64,000 bases of DNA from Promethearchaeota archaeon. GTDB taxonomy: Archaea; Asgardarchaeota; Lokiarchaeia; Sigyniarchaeales; SOKP01. The translations under genes were made by a program, and so were the position numbers. The notes beneath the pieces were generated by a model, which was given only the letters and a program-made list of their open reading frames with translations, had not been told where the DNA came from and did not search any database. This document shows positions 11,275-20,555 of the stretch, piece by piece. Every line of letters begins with the position of its first letter. The first letter of the stretch is position 1. The stretch spans positions 80,922-144,921 of the forward strand of contig JAGXNO010000003.1 in the NCBI GenBank assembly GCA_019894975.1, read 5' to 3'.

Positions 11275-12551
11275 TATTTTTCTCCTTTAGGTTCATTTGA
11301 GTTTACTACTTCTATCATGTCTACTAAAAACTCAGAAAAATCTATAATATCAATTGAAGAAAAATCTTCATAATCTTTTTTTAGACATCTTAAATGCATT
11401 CGGCATTTTGGACAGGAAGTAATCATTTTTGTTCCTACTGCTTTAGCTTCCAAAAGACGCTTATATCGTAGAGCTTTAGATTTTTCATTACAATTCATCC
11501 AGGAATTCACCCCACAACAATAAGAATTTTCTTTATTATGTTCCATTTCTTTGAAATCATATCCAATGGTTTTCAAATGCTTAAAAATTTCTCGGACATT
11601 CTCAATTACCTTATTCTCCTTTGGTAAAAACCGACTTAATCTACAAGGATCGTGATAAGTGAAAGGAATAACATCATTAGATTCATTAGGATTTTTAAAT
11701 TGAACTTCTCCCTGCTTCCACTTATCAAAAATATATTCAATTATATGTTTAACTTCAAATTTATTATTAAATTCTTCAAAAATATTTGGGTAATCAATTT
11801 TAAAGGTTCTATAACATTCAGCACATGCGGTTATAATTGTTTTGATACCTGCGTCTTCAAAATTACTCAAATTTTTTTTTCCTAATTCGATAAATGCTTC
11901 GAACTTTGCCTGGCCCCAATATAGATCATGACCACAACATGTTTCATTTTTAAGAACGACTACGGGATCTCTTTCTAATTGACAAATAATCTTTAAAGTG
12001 CTTTCCGCTATAGAAGTTGAACCTTCAAATTCATAATTAAATAAAGGTAAACATCCCACATAATATAAAATTTCTCCTTTATTTGAAACGTTACAACCTT
12101 TTGGAATCCAATCTAAAGGTCTTTCAATATTAATATTATCTTGAACCATTAGTTCTGACATTAGAGGATAAATACCTTTGTGAGCAATTGAACGATCAGG
12201 ATTCTGAATATCATTTAATCGCATTTTATACCTGGCAATTCTAACAATATCAGCAAAATTAATGTCTTTAGGACAATGTTGTAGGCAACTATTACACATT
12301 AAACAATCCCATAATACCTGGCTATTAATTATCTCATCTTCAAAGCCTTCTAATATCATCTGAATAATTCTACTTGGCGTAAATTTTTGAACTTTACTAA
12401 TTTGACATACACCTGAGCAACGAGCGCATTGGTAACACTTTTTTAGTAAATTAACTAAATCAGGTTCATAAATTTTTCCTATATATAAATTAGAATCAGT
12501 TTTTCCTATTTTTTCTTTTTTTAATTTTTCCAATTCTGTTATACGATTCAC
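11274..12551 (-). CDS. HdrD/GlpC-like Fe-S oxidoreductase, paralog of 1127..2407
   Basis: CYQCARCSGVC, CLMCNSCLQHCP, two complete CCG domains. TAATG overlap with the downstream hdrA. Confidence 0.9.
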   Translation of the reverse strand: MNRITELEKLKKEKIGKTDSNLYIGKIYEPDLVNLLKKCYQCARCSGVCQISKVQKFTPSRIIQMILEGFEDEIINSQVLWDCLMCNSCLQHCPKDINFADIVRIARYKMRLNDIQNPDRSIAHKGIYPLMSELMVQDNINIERPLDWIPKGCNVSNKGEILYYVGCLPLFNYEFEGSTSIAESTLKIICQLERDPVVVLKNETCCGHDLYWGQAKFEAFIELGKKNLSNFEDAGIKTIITACAECYRTFKIDYPNIFEEFNNKFEVKHIIEYIFDKWKQGEVQFKNPNESNDVIPFTYHDPCRLSRFLPKENKVIENVREIFKHLKTIGYDFKEMEHNKENSYCCGVNSWMNCNEKSKALRYKRLLEAKAVGTKMITSCPKCRMHLRCLKKDYEDFSSIDIIDFSEFLVDMIEVVNSNEPKGEK

Positions 12552-12555
12552 TACC

Positions 12556-13668
12556 TTATTTTAGGTTTTTCATAAATTCATGTTTTCTTTCCATTTTTGA
12601 TTCAGAAAACTTTACGATTAGATTTTTTATACTTCTTCTTTTACTTTCGTCGAGTTTTAAACTTTTTATAATGTTTTTTTCCAACACCTTATTAAATATC
12701 TGTTTTCCTTTTTCAGTACGGGGCAATACAGTAGTAAATTTATCTGGGGAACCAAGTCCACCAAACGAAATATCTGAATAAACATTAGTAAAATCAGTGC
12801 AGGAATGACAAGCAGGACGAATATAATTAACTAGTTTATTAAAAGGAATATGGATTATTTTTTCTTTTTCTTTTTCATCCTTTAGTTTTAGAATTAAATC
12901 TTCCTTAATATTTATCTTGATTATATCTTCGAATTTTATCTTAAATTCTTCTTCAAATTTCCCAATTTGAGATTTTTCAAATAAAAAATTATGATAACAG
13001 AATAAGCCAAAAGTAATCTCAACATGTTCTGAAGGGGTAACCCCAAGATTTTGCATACATCTAATCGTGTAGATTTGACATGGTGTTCCCACAATTGCTA
13101 GTTTTTTAAATTTATAATGATTCAGTTGAGGAATTGATTGTGTATAAGTATTAAACCTTTGAATTTCATCTAAATGAGGTGATATATTCAAATTTGTACC
13201 TGAAGCTTTGATTAAGTCGTCTTTAGTCTCTGCAAACATAGCTTCTCGGGAAAAAGGACCCTCAGCTTTAGAGACTATTGCCCCATCAATAATTTTATTT
13301 TCCAATAAAAAATTTAAAAGTGTATTAACCACGCCCCCATCTGTACCATATTTTAGAAATTCTTCATCTGTGGTTTGACATGAATAGATTTCTTCAGCAA
13401 ATCCATAAGGCATTGAAGTGAAATCAGTGAATTGATAAGTTTTATTCAGATCATCATCTAAAATATGTGTTTGAGGGCATAATATATAACATATACCACA
13501 ATCGAGACATGCCTCCTTATTTATATATTCAGGGGGAGAATTAGGTTTTTTAAAGCCAATAACTTTTTCAAAAGCCGCTGAGCAGAATGATGTACATCCT
13601 CCACATTCTTGGCAGATCCCTTTTTCATGAACTTCCTTAATTAAATCTTGGAATGTTTTTACAGGCAT
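12556..13668 (-). CDS. FrhB/FdhB-family F420-binding beta subunit
   Basis: N-terminal 2x[4Fe-4S], GTDGGVV, IVGTPCQ, GLFC, CHSCTDF..SDISFGGLGSP. Start moved to ATG 13668 (MPVK) to avoid overlap with the upstream gene. Confidence 0.88.
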   Translation of the reverse strand: MPVKTFQDLIKEVHEKGICQECGGCTSFCSAAFEKVIGFKKPNSPPEYINKEACLDCGICYILCPQTHILDDDLNKTYQFTDFTSMPYGFAEEIYSCQTTDEEFLKYGTDGGVVNTLLNFLLENKIIDGAIVSKAEGPFSREAMFAETKDDLIKASGTNLNISPHLDEIQRFNTYTQSIPQLNHYKFKKLAIVGTPCQIYTIRCMQNLGVTPSEHVEITFGLFCYHNFLFEKSQIGKFEEEFKIKFEDIIKINIKEDLILKLKDEKEKEKIIHIPFNKLVNYIRPACHSCTDFTNVYSDISFGGLGSPDKFTTVLPRTEKGKQIFNKVLEKNIIKSLKLDESKRRSIKNLIVKFSESKMERKHEFMKNLK

Positions 13669-13684
13669 ATTTTTAATATTTACA

Positions 13685-15193
13685 TTACTCTTTCTGTAAA
13701 ATAATTGGTTTACAATTTTTTCTCTTAATACCAGCAATCCTTTCGAGTAAGGGTTGTCCTGGTTTGACATCTTTCAAACTTTTTGATTCAATTAATCCTG
13801 CTTTAACTGCTTCTTTATAGATTTTTTCACCTTTTTTATTTCTTGTAATGACTGAAGACCACCCGCTGGGAGATCCAATTGATCCAACAGAAATATCAGC
13901 ATAATCAGCAGTTAGGTCTTCACAATAATGACAATTGTGACGAGCGTAGGATTTAACATCGTTCAAGGGAACGTTTAGATCTTCACCTGAATCTAGATAA
14001 ATAATGAATTTACCCCCACTTATGTCCATTTTTGTTACTTTTTGAAAATCTGTTTCAAATTGTTCTTTAATTAAGCTTAGGACGCCTTCATAAGGAAATG
14101 ATTCCATACAAAAGAGCCCTATTCTATATTTTATATTTTTGAAAAAAGGTAACCCGCTTGGAAATAAGCTACCCTTTTCCAAGGCGTTCATCATACAAGG
14201 AACACCTACAACTGCGATGTTATCAAACTTTTTTGTACCATCTATAATACTTAAAGTTGAGGCATTAGCGTATTTAGTACCACTTGTTTTATATAAATCC
14301 TTGACATCTTCTATTATTACTGGTTCTGGCTTCCATAGTTCTTCTGAATGTTTTACTGCTACAATTGCATCAACTAATTTATTCTCGAGTAAATACTCAA
14401 GTAGAGATGTAACGATACCCCCATCTTGTCGTACTTTTTTAATATCATCCTTGGTGGTGCTGGCTGAATATGCGTTAACATAGCCATTAATATTTTCTGA
14501 AAACTTCAAGGATTTCTCAATTTTGCTTATACTTTTACCCGCTTGCTCAATTGAAAATGATCTTGGGCAAACAGAATAACATAAGCCACATTTCATGCAT
14601 GTCGCATCGTCGATCTCCAAAGTGTCTGCTGTCACTGTAATGGCATTTACTGGACAAATTGATGAGCACCAACCACATTGACAACATACTTCAGAATCAA
14701 ACACAATGGAAACAGGTTCAAAAAACCGTTCGATAAAACCATCAGGTAGATCTTTAACCTGGTATCGGTAGAAATATTCTTTTTCTTCGACTTCTTTTTC
14801 TTCTCCCTTTATTTTCTTAATAACAGTTTTAGTTTTTATTTCAATATGTTCTTCTATATATCCTTGTTCTTTCAGATAAATTACATCGCGAATTACATTT
14901 TCAGGAGGAAAATCTTTTATAATTTTAGCAATTTCTTCTAAAAATAACGGTTCTTTACCTTTTAAAGATTCTAAAACTAACTTACGCTCTGTTTCAGCAT
15001 CGATCATAGCATCTAGGAATTCATAAAATTCTTCTTCAGAATATTTACCAGTTTCTAAAATTTCACCTTTAGCTTCGAAAAAAGCCCTAATCTGAAAATT
15101 CTCGACTGCTTTATAGGTGGCATCCATTAAATTTCTTGGAGAGATTCCATTGAAATTTAGATTTTTTGAGATTTGAACCATATTTCCAACCAT
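13685..15193 (-). CDS. FrhB-family F420-binding subunit with an N-terminal helical/winged-helix-like extension
   Basis: CCQCGWCSSIC, CMKCGLCYSVCP, QDGGIVT, VGVPC, GLFCME, CHYCED..ADISVGSIGSP. About 160 aa of extra N-terminus. Confidence 0.88.
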   Translation of the reverse strand: MVGNMVQISKNLNFNGISPRNLMDATYKAVENFQIRAFFEAKGEILETGKYSEEEFYEFLDAMIDAETERKLVLESLKGKEPLFLEEIAKIIKDFPPENVIRDVIYLKEQGYIEEHIEIKTKTVIKKIKGEEKEVEEKEYFYRYQVKDLPDGFIERFFEPVSIVFDSEVCCQCGWCSSICPVNAITVTADTLEIDDATCMKCGLCYSVCPRSFSIEQAGKSISKIEKSLKFSENINGYVNAYSASTTKDDIKKVRQDGGIVTSLLEYLLENKLVDAIVAVKHSEELWKPEPVIIEDVKDLYKTSGTKYANASTLSIIDGTKKFDNIAVVGVPCMMNALEKGSLFPSGLPFFKNIKYRIGLFCMESFPYEGVLSLIKEQFETDFQKVTKMDISGGKFIIYLDSGEDLNVPLNDVKSYARHNCHYCEDLTADYADISVGSIGSPSGWSSVITRNKKGEKIYKEAVKAGLIESKSLKDVKPGQPLLERIAGIKRKNCKPIILQKE

Positions 15194-15252
15194 TTGGATT
15201 AAAATTTATTAAAAAACTTATACTTAAATTGAATACTATTTTAAAACCCCTT

Positions 15253-15312
15253 CCCTCGCAAGGTAAGTCATCTTATAACTAACATTTTTTTATAAGATTC
15301 ATTCTGCAGGGG
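15253..15312 (-). promoter_or_regulatory. Eukaryote-type SECIS element
   Basis: Minus strand reads CCCCUGCAGA-AUGA-AUCUUAUAA-AAAAAUGUUAG-UUAUAAGAU-GA-CUUACCUUGCGAGGG. It has an AUGA/GA core, a perfect 9-bp upper helix, an A-rich apical loop and an imperfect lower helix, and lies directly at the end of two UGA-containing genes. Confidence 0.85.
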
Positions 15313-15772
15313 TAATTATAACTTGTTTTGTTTCTTCAGTTTCCACTTCTGAATCATGATCTATTAAATTAAGCGGACTTGGTCCGAAGGTTTTTACCTT
15401 TTCTATAGTATCTTCCACACTTTTTACAAATTTTTCTGCTTCTGCTCCACTTAACCAATACATATTAACCCTTTGATTACCGAAACCCCGAGATTCTAAA
15501 ATCCTGTTTGCTAATTCAACATGTCTTTGAGCCGTGAAATTGCCGTTCTTAAACTGGCATTCATTAGGGCGTCAACCTACAATCATGACACCATCCGCTC
15601 CAGATTTCATACTGTAAAGTATGTGTTTCAAATCTACTCTCCCTGTACAACGCACTTTAATAATTTTTATAGATGAAGAATATTTCAGTCGAGAAACTCC
15701 TGCTAGATCAGCAGCACTGTAACCTCATTTTAAACATGCAAATGCAACAATCTTATAATTATAATTATTCAT
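15299..15772 (-). CDS. vhuD: Selenoprotein VhuD/MvhD [2Fe-2S] subunit, 157 aa, Sec16 and Sec67
   Basis: Manual translation MNNYNYKIVAFACLK-U-GYSAADLAG..VRCTGRVD..GADGVMIVG-U-RPNEC..WLSGAEA. In-frame TGA at 15725-15727 and 15572-15574 align to Cys in the paralog at 7783..8214. Missed by the ORF track. Confidence 0.92.
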
Positions 15773-15775
15773 TGT

Positions 15776-17722
15776 TTAATCCCCTCCTAACAGTCCATCA
15801 ATCTCAGCAAATAATTGATGATCTCGATAATATCTTATATCAATGGCCTGAGTAGGACAGCAAGTTGCACAAATACCGCATCCATCACAATTTATCTCAT
15901 CAATATATGCTCCAATTTCTTCATCAATCTTAATAGCGTTTTTAGGGCATTCCTTTTCACATCGTCTGCAGGAAATGCAAAATTCGCTATCAACTTCAGC
16001 AGTAATTAATTCAATATCAATTTCTCCTGGAGATGTTAGTTCAGCAACTTTACTAGCAGCAGCTCTAGATTGTGAAACGGAATAAGCAATATTTTTTGGC
16101 CCTTGAGCAAATCCAGCTATAAAAATGCCTTTTGACTTAGTCTCTTGCGGCATTAATCCGAAATGTGATTCTGTAAGAAAGCCGTATTTGTTAGTATCAA
16201 GCTTTAAAACGTCTACGATTTGTTGAGTGCCTTTTGAAGGAAGTGCTGCCGTGGATAAGACAACTAAATCAGCATCAATTTTGACAATCTTATCAGTTAA
16301 TGATGAATATAATCGAACTTTCACGTTTTTAGTTTCAGGATCTTCTGAGATTTCACCAACTTTTCCCCGAATCATCCTAATACCTTTATCTTTCGCACGT
16401 TCATAATACTCCTCAAAACCTTTTTCTGGAGTCCTTATATCGATATAACAAATTGTAATCCTCGCATCAGGAAATTCTTCTAGAAGCAATCTCCCATTCT
16501 TTAGAGCAAGCATACAACAGACACCACTACAATAGGTTCTTTCTGTTTCTCTACTGCCCACACATTGAATGAACACAATTTCCTTAGGTTCCTTATTATC
16601 TGAAATTCGATGCACATGACCTTCAAGTGGTCCATTTGGAGCTAACATCCGTTCTAATTGAACCTGGGTTATCACATTTTCAATCTCTCCATAACCATAT
16701 TCACCAAAAGGTTCATGTATATCCCAACCAGTTGCAATTATGACTGTACCCACTTCAACATTAACTTCCACTGGCTCCTGACTAAAATCAATTGCATCCA
16801 ATTCGCACGCATCAACGCATGAAAAGCATTCTACACAAGCTTCTCTATCAATATCATATAAAAATGGGACTGCTTGACCGAATGGAATGTCTATTGCTCT
16901 TCGTGCTCCCAGATTTTCATCAAAATAATTTTGCGTGTAAACAGGACAAACTTCAGCACAGGCCCCACACCCATTACATTCATCTGTCGTATATCGTGGT
17001 TTCTTTACAATTGTTGCGATATAATTACCAACATATCCTTCGATCTTTTTTACTTCACAATAGCTCATTAATTCGATGTTTTCGTTTCTATTAACTTCTA
17101 ACATTTTAGGCCCGCAAATTCATATTGCACAGTCATCTGTAGGAAAAGTTCTATCCAATTGAGCCATCCTTCCTCCTATTGTAGTCTTTTGTTCTACAAG
17201 ATAAACTTTGATACCTTGATTGGCGAGATCTAAAGCCGCATTCATACCACCAATCCCTCCTCCAACTACTAAAGTAGCTTTAGTAACAGGGACTGTTTTA
17301 ATAGGGACGGGCTCTAATCGTTTAACTCGTTCAACACCGCCTTTTACCAATTGTTTAGCTTTTTGTGTAGCTTCTTCTTTGCTATCTGTACACCAAGAAC
17401 AATGTTCTCGAACGTTTACCATTTGAAAATAATAAGGGTTTAAATCTGTTTTAGCAATTGTACCCCTATAAATTACTTCGTGCGTTCGGGGAGTTCAAGC
17501 TGATGCTACGATTCTGTTTAGATTTTTTTCTTTGATATCTTCAATTATTTCATTTTGGGCATTGTCGGTTCAAAGAAATGCATTCTTTTTTGATATTATA
17601 ATTTCTTCAGGAAATTCGTTTTTAACATACTCTACTAGCTCATCACAATTAACTTTACTTTTTATATTTATACCTCACTGACATGCATAGTATCCAATCC
17701 GATGATTTGTATTTTTATTCAT
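15776..17722 (-). CDS. hdrA: Selenoprotein HdrA, 648 aa, four Sec (U16, U51, U76, U201)
   Basis: A single frame from ATG 17722 joins ORFs 17120..17422 and 15776..17104. In-frame TGA at 17675-77 (ACQ-U-GINI), 17570-72 (FL-U-TD), 17495-97 (ASA-U-TPRTHE) and 17120-22 (DDCAI-U-ICGPK); each is Cys in the HdrA paralogs in this window. Canonical HdrA length. Confidence 0.92.
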
Positions 17723-18177
17723 TTCTTTTTACACATCCACCTCGTGTTATTTATACAAGATTGTATAATAGAATATAATTTTCTGAATTTACTAATTCTT
17801 TTCTTAGGTTTTATTCTTTTTTAAACTTTTTTAATCTTTCTGTTTATCGATATAAACAGTTTTTAGATTTTGAATAATTGTAATATTTCATTTCAAATCA
17901 ATCTGATACTTTTTGAAAGTTTTATGATGGAGAATAAAAAGAGATTAGGGTTTCATGATCGTTTTCATACATTTTTATTCAGATTAGTAATTTTAATTCA
18001 TTCTAATATTCTGATTCTTACTATTCAGCTGTCAAAATTGTTATTCATAATAAAAGATTAGAGAGAAATTAGTTTTAAGCAAATTCTTTTTAGGAAAAGA
18101 GAAATCAATAGCGATGTTTATATTCTATGCGAAATAATTGCATTTAAGTAATTAGAGATTTAGAATATAGTGAAAAC

Positions 18178-19512
18178 ATGACAAAGATCCATACTAAGAT
18201 AAATCTCATTGTTTTAATAGGGATTGCTTTTTTTATTACTTTTGGTTTAAATGCTTTGAAATCCACGCCCACATCTCCGAATTCTACTGCTATAGGTTCA
18301 AACATGAGAATTGCGGCAGCGCAAGTTAATTATACATCGGATTTCATAAACACTTGGGGTGGTATTGATAGTGATACCGGATGGGATATTGCGTTAGATG
18401 ACTCCGGAAATATCTACATCTCGGGATCTACTGAAAGCTTTGGTGCGGGTAAGGATGATGCTTTTATAGCTAAATTTGACAGTTCAGGAAATTCTATTTT
18501 GAACATTACATGGGGCGGTAGTGGTATTGATGCTGGTACAGGTATAGTGTTAGATGACTCCGGAAATATCTATATTACGGGAGCTACAAATAGCTCTGGC
18601 ACGGGTAACTTCGATGCTTTCATTGCTAAATTTAACAGCACAGGACATTCCTTATTGAATATTACATGGGGTGGCAACGATGCTGATGGGGGATATGATA
18701 TTTTACTGGATGATTCCGGAAACATCTTCATAACTGGTTATACTGAAAGCTTTGGTGCAGGTGATAATGACGCTTTTATTGCTAAATTTAACAGTACAGG
18801 ACATTCCTTACTGAATGTTACCTGGGGTGGCAGTGATAGTGATGATGGATATAGTATTGCATTAGATGCCTTAGGAAATATTTATATTGCAGGTAGCACC
18901 TGGAGTTTCGGAATAGATGCTTTTATTGCAAAATTTAACAGTTCAGGGCATTCCTTGCTGAACATCACTTGGAGTGGCGGTGATGCTCAATTTGGATGGG
19001 ATATGGCGTTAGATGGGTCCGGTAATATCTATATTACAGGATATGTTTATGGATTTGGGAATTTGGCTCAAGCTTTCATTGTTAAATTTAATAATACAGG
19101 GCATTTAAAAATGGAAATCATTTGGGGTGGCAATAATTATGATGTAGGATTTGGTATTGCATTAGATGGGTCCGGAAATATCTACATAACCGGAACAACT
19201 GATAGTTTTGGCGCAGGTGGCTATGATCTTTTCATTGCCAAATTTAACAGTACGGGGCATTCTTTACTGAATACTACCTTGGGTGGTATTGATGATGATT
19301 GGGGAAAAGGTATTGCATTAGATAATTATGGTAATATTTTCATCACAGGATATACTGAAAGCTTTGGTGCAGGATCTCATGATACAATAATTGCAAAATA
19401 TAGGCAGATTAGTGATAATGATTCAGGATCCATCCCAGGATATGATTTACTTTTTCTCATTGGATTCTTAGGGTTATCCTTAGTACTCCTTACCAAAAAA
19501 TATATCAAATAA
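18178..19512 (+). CDS. Secreted 7-repeat beta-propeller (SBBP-like) protein with IPGY-TM-basic C-terminal sorting signal
   Basis: N-terminal signal, seven ~52-aa repeats (TWGG..D.G.GIALD.SGNIYITG.T.SFGAG..DAFIAKF), C-terminal SIPGYDLLFLIG..KKYIK. Confidence 0.88.
   Translation: MTKIHTKINLIVLIGIAFFITFGLNALKSTPTSPNSTAIGSNMRIAAAQVNYTSDFINTWGGIDSDTGWDIALDDSGNIYISGSTESFGAGKDDAFIAKFDSSGNSILNITWGGSGIDAGTGIVLDDSGNIYITGATNSSGTGNFDAFIAKFNSTGHSLLNITWGGNDADGGYDILLDDSGNIFITGYTESFGAGDNDAFIAKFNSTGHSLLNVTWGGSDSDDGYSIALDALGNIYIAGSTWSFGIDAFIAKFNSSGHSLLNITWSGGDAQFGWDMALDGSGNIYITGYVYGFGNLAQAFIVKFNNTGHLKMEIIWGGNNYDVGFGIALDGSGNIYITGTTDSFGAGGYDLFIAKFNSTGHSLLNTTLGGIDDDWGKGIALDNYGNIFITGYTESFGAGSHDTIIAKYRQISDNDSGSIPGYDLLFLIGFLGLSLVLLTKKYIK
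18350..19400 (+). repeat. Intragenic tandem repeat, ~156-bp unit, about 7 copies
   Basis: GATGA(C/T)TCCGGAAA recurs at 18397, 18553 and 18709 (period 156). Boundaries approximate. Confidence 0.8.
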
Positions 19513-19714
19513 TATTTTTTTCTTTTCATTTTTTTCAAATTATTTTAGCATTTAGATACTAAAAGACAGGTAGAAATAGGATTAAAGTCTGAGTATTCTA
19601 AGAAGAAATTAAAAAAATACCTATATTGATAATATTAAATTTTTAAATAGGAATCCGACAATACTCTTATATAAGAAATATTTACTGAATAATATAGTTT
19701 AAAGATGTGAGAAT

Positions 19715-20524
19715 ATGACAGATGGAATCTTTATAATACGAGGTGGTTTTTTTGGGTGGGAATTTACAATTAAACTCCTTTATGTTATATTAGGACTTAT
19801 CCTTTGCATTTATGACTGGAAGAAGAATAAAAGAAAAGATTATTTCTGGGTGTTACTATTTGGTACATTTTTGTACCTTGGATCTGAAATAATGCTCTTT
19901 TCTTTTGGAGGTCGAGTTATGCAGGAACAGCTTTTATTTGGTATGGATATCAGTTCCATACCCGGGTTATGGATTCCCCTACTAGCTGTGGGAGATGTTG
20001 TAGTGCTAGCAGTGATCGCTTTGTTTTTCGCAGATAGAATAAGAGTCTCTGAAACACGAAAAAAGTGGGGAATTGTTTTCATAGTATGGGTATTTTTTAG
20101 AGATGTATTACCCTATTTAATCCTTTTTGGATTGGGAGACAATTTTGACACTGTTTCTGTGGGAGACCCTCTTATTTATTCTAGAAGAAATATGATAGAA
20201 ATAGGTACTCTAATAGCTTTATCAACTATGATCGCTATTGGTATAATCTGGCTCGTTAAAACAGATAAGAAATCAAGAAAGCGAGGATTATATATGATTG
20301 GTATAATGCTTATTCTGATGATAGTATGGAGTCTCGGAGAATGGTTCTCTGGTCAAAGATGGATCGAAATTGGGCCGGAGGAAGGTCCTTGGACTCTTGC
20401 GCCCCCTCTTCTAGGGTTTATGATGTTCCTGTATGATATTATCATCGAAATGGGACTTTTTACGGTGTGTTTTCTAGCATTTCCCTATTTATTAAAATTG
20501 ATAAAATCCGATAACCAAGATTAA
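19715..20524 (+). CDS. Multi-pass membrane protein of unknown function
   Basis: 269-aa ORF with about 7 hydrophobic segments. Confidence 0.75.
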   Translation: MTDGIFIIRGGFFGWEFTIKLLYVILGLILCIYDWKKNKRKDYFWVLLFGTFLYLGSEIMLFSFGGRVMQEQLLFGMDISSIPGLWIPLLAVGDVVVLAVIALFFADRIRVSETRKKWGIVFIVWVFFRDVLPYLILFGLGDNFDTVSVGDPLIYSRRNMIEIGTLIALSTMIAIGIIWLVKTDKKSRKRGLYMIGIMLILMIVWSLGEWFSGQRWIEIGPEEGPWTLAPPLLGFMMFLYDIIIEMGLFTVCFLAFPYLLKLIKSDNQD

Positions 20525-20555
20525 TTCTCTTTTTTTTTAATTTTAGAATTAGCCT

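Noticed and set aside
13669-13770. Long N-terminal extensions given in the ORF track (13770, 22566, 46189, 51601)
   Set aside because: They overlap upstream genes or regulatory DNA; downstream ATGs fit better.
15193-15301. Read-through fusion of vhuD into the in-frame downstream frhB
   Set aside because: The frame is the same, but several TAA and TAG codons lie in the 108-nt interval.
15299-17722. Pseudogene reading of the broken hdrA/vhuD frames
   Set aside because: All six interruptions are TGA, all fall on conserved Cys positions, there are no frameshifts, and a SECIS-like hairpin follows.
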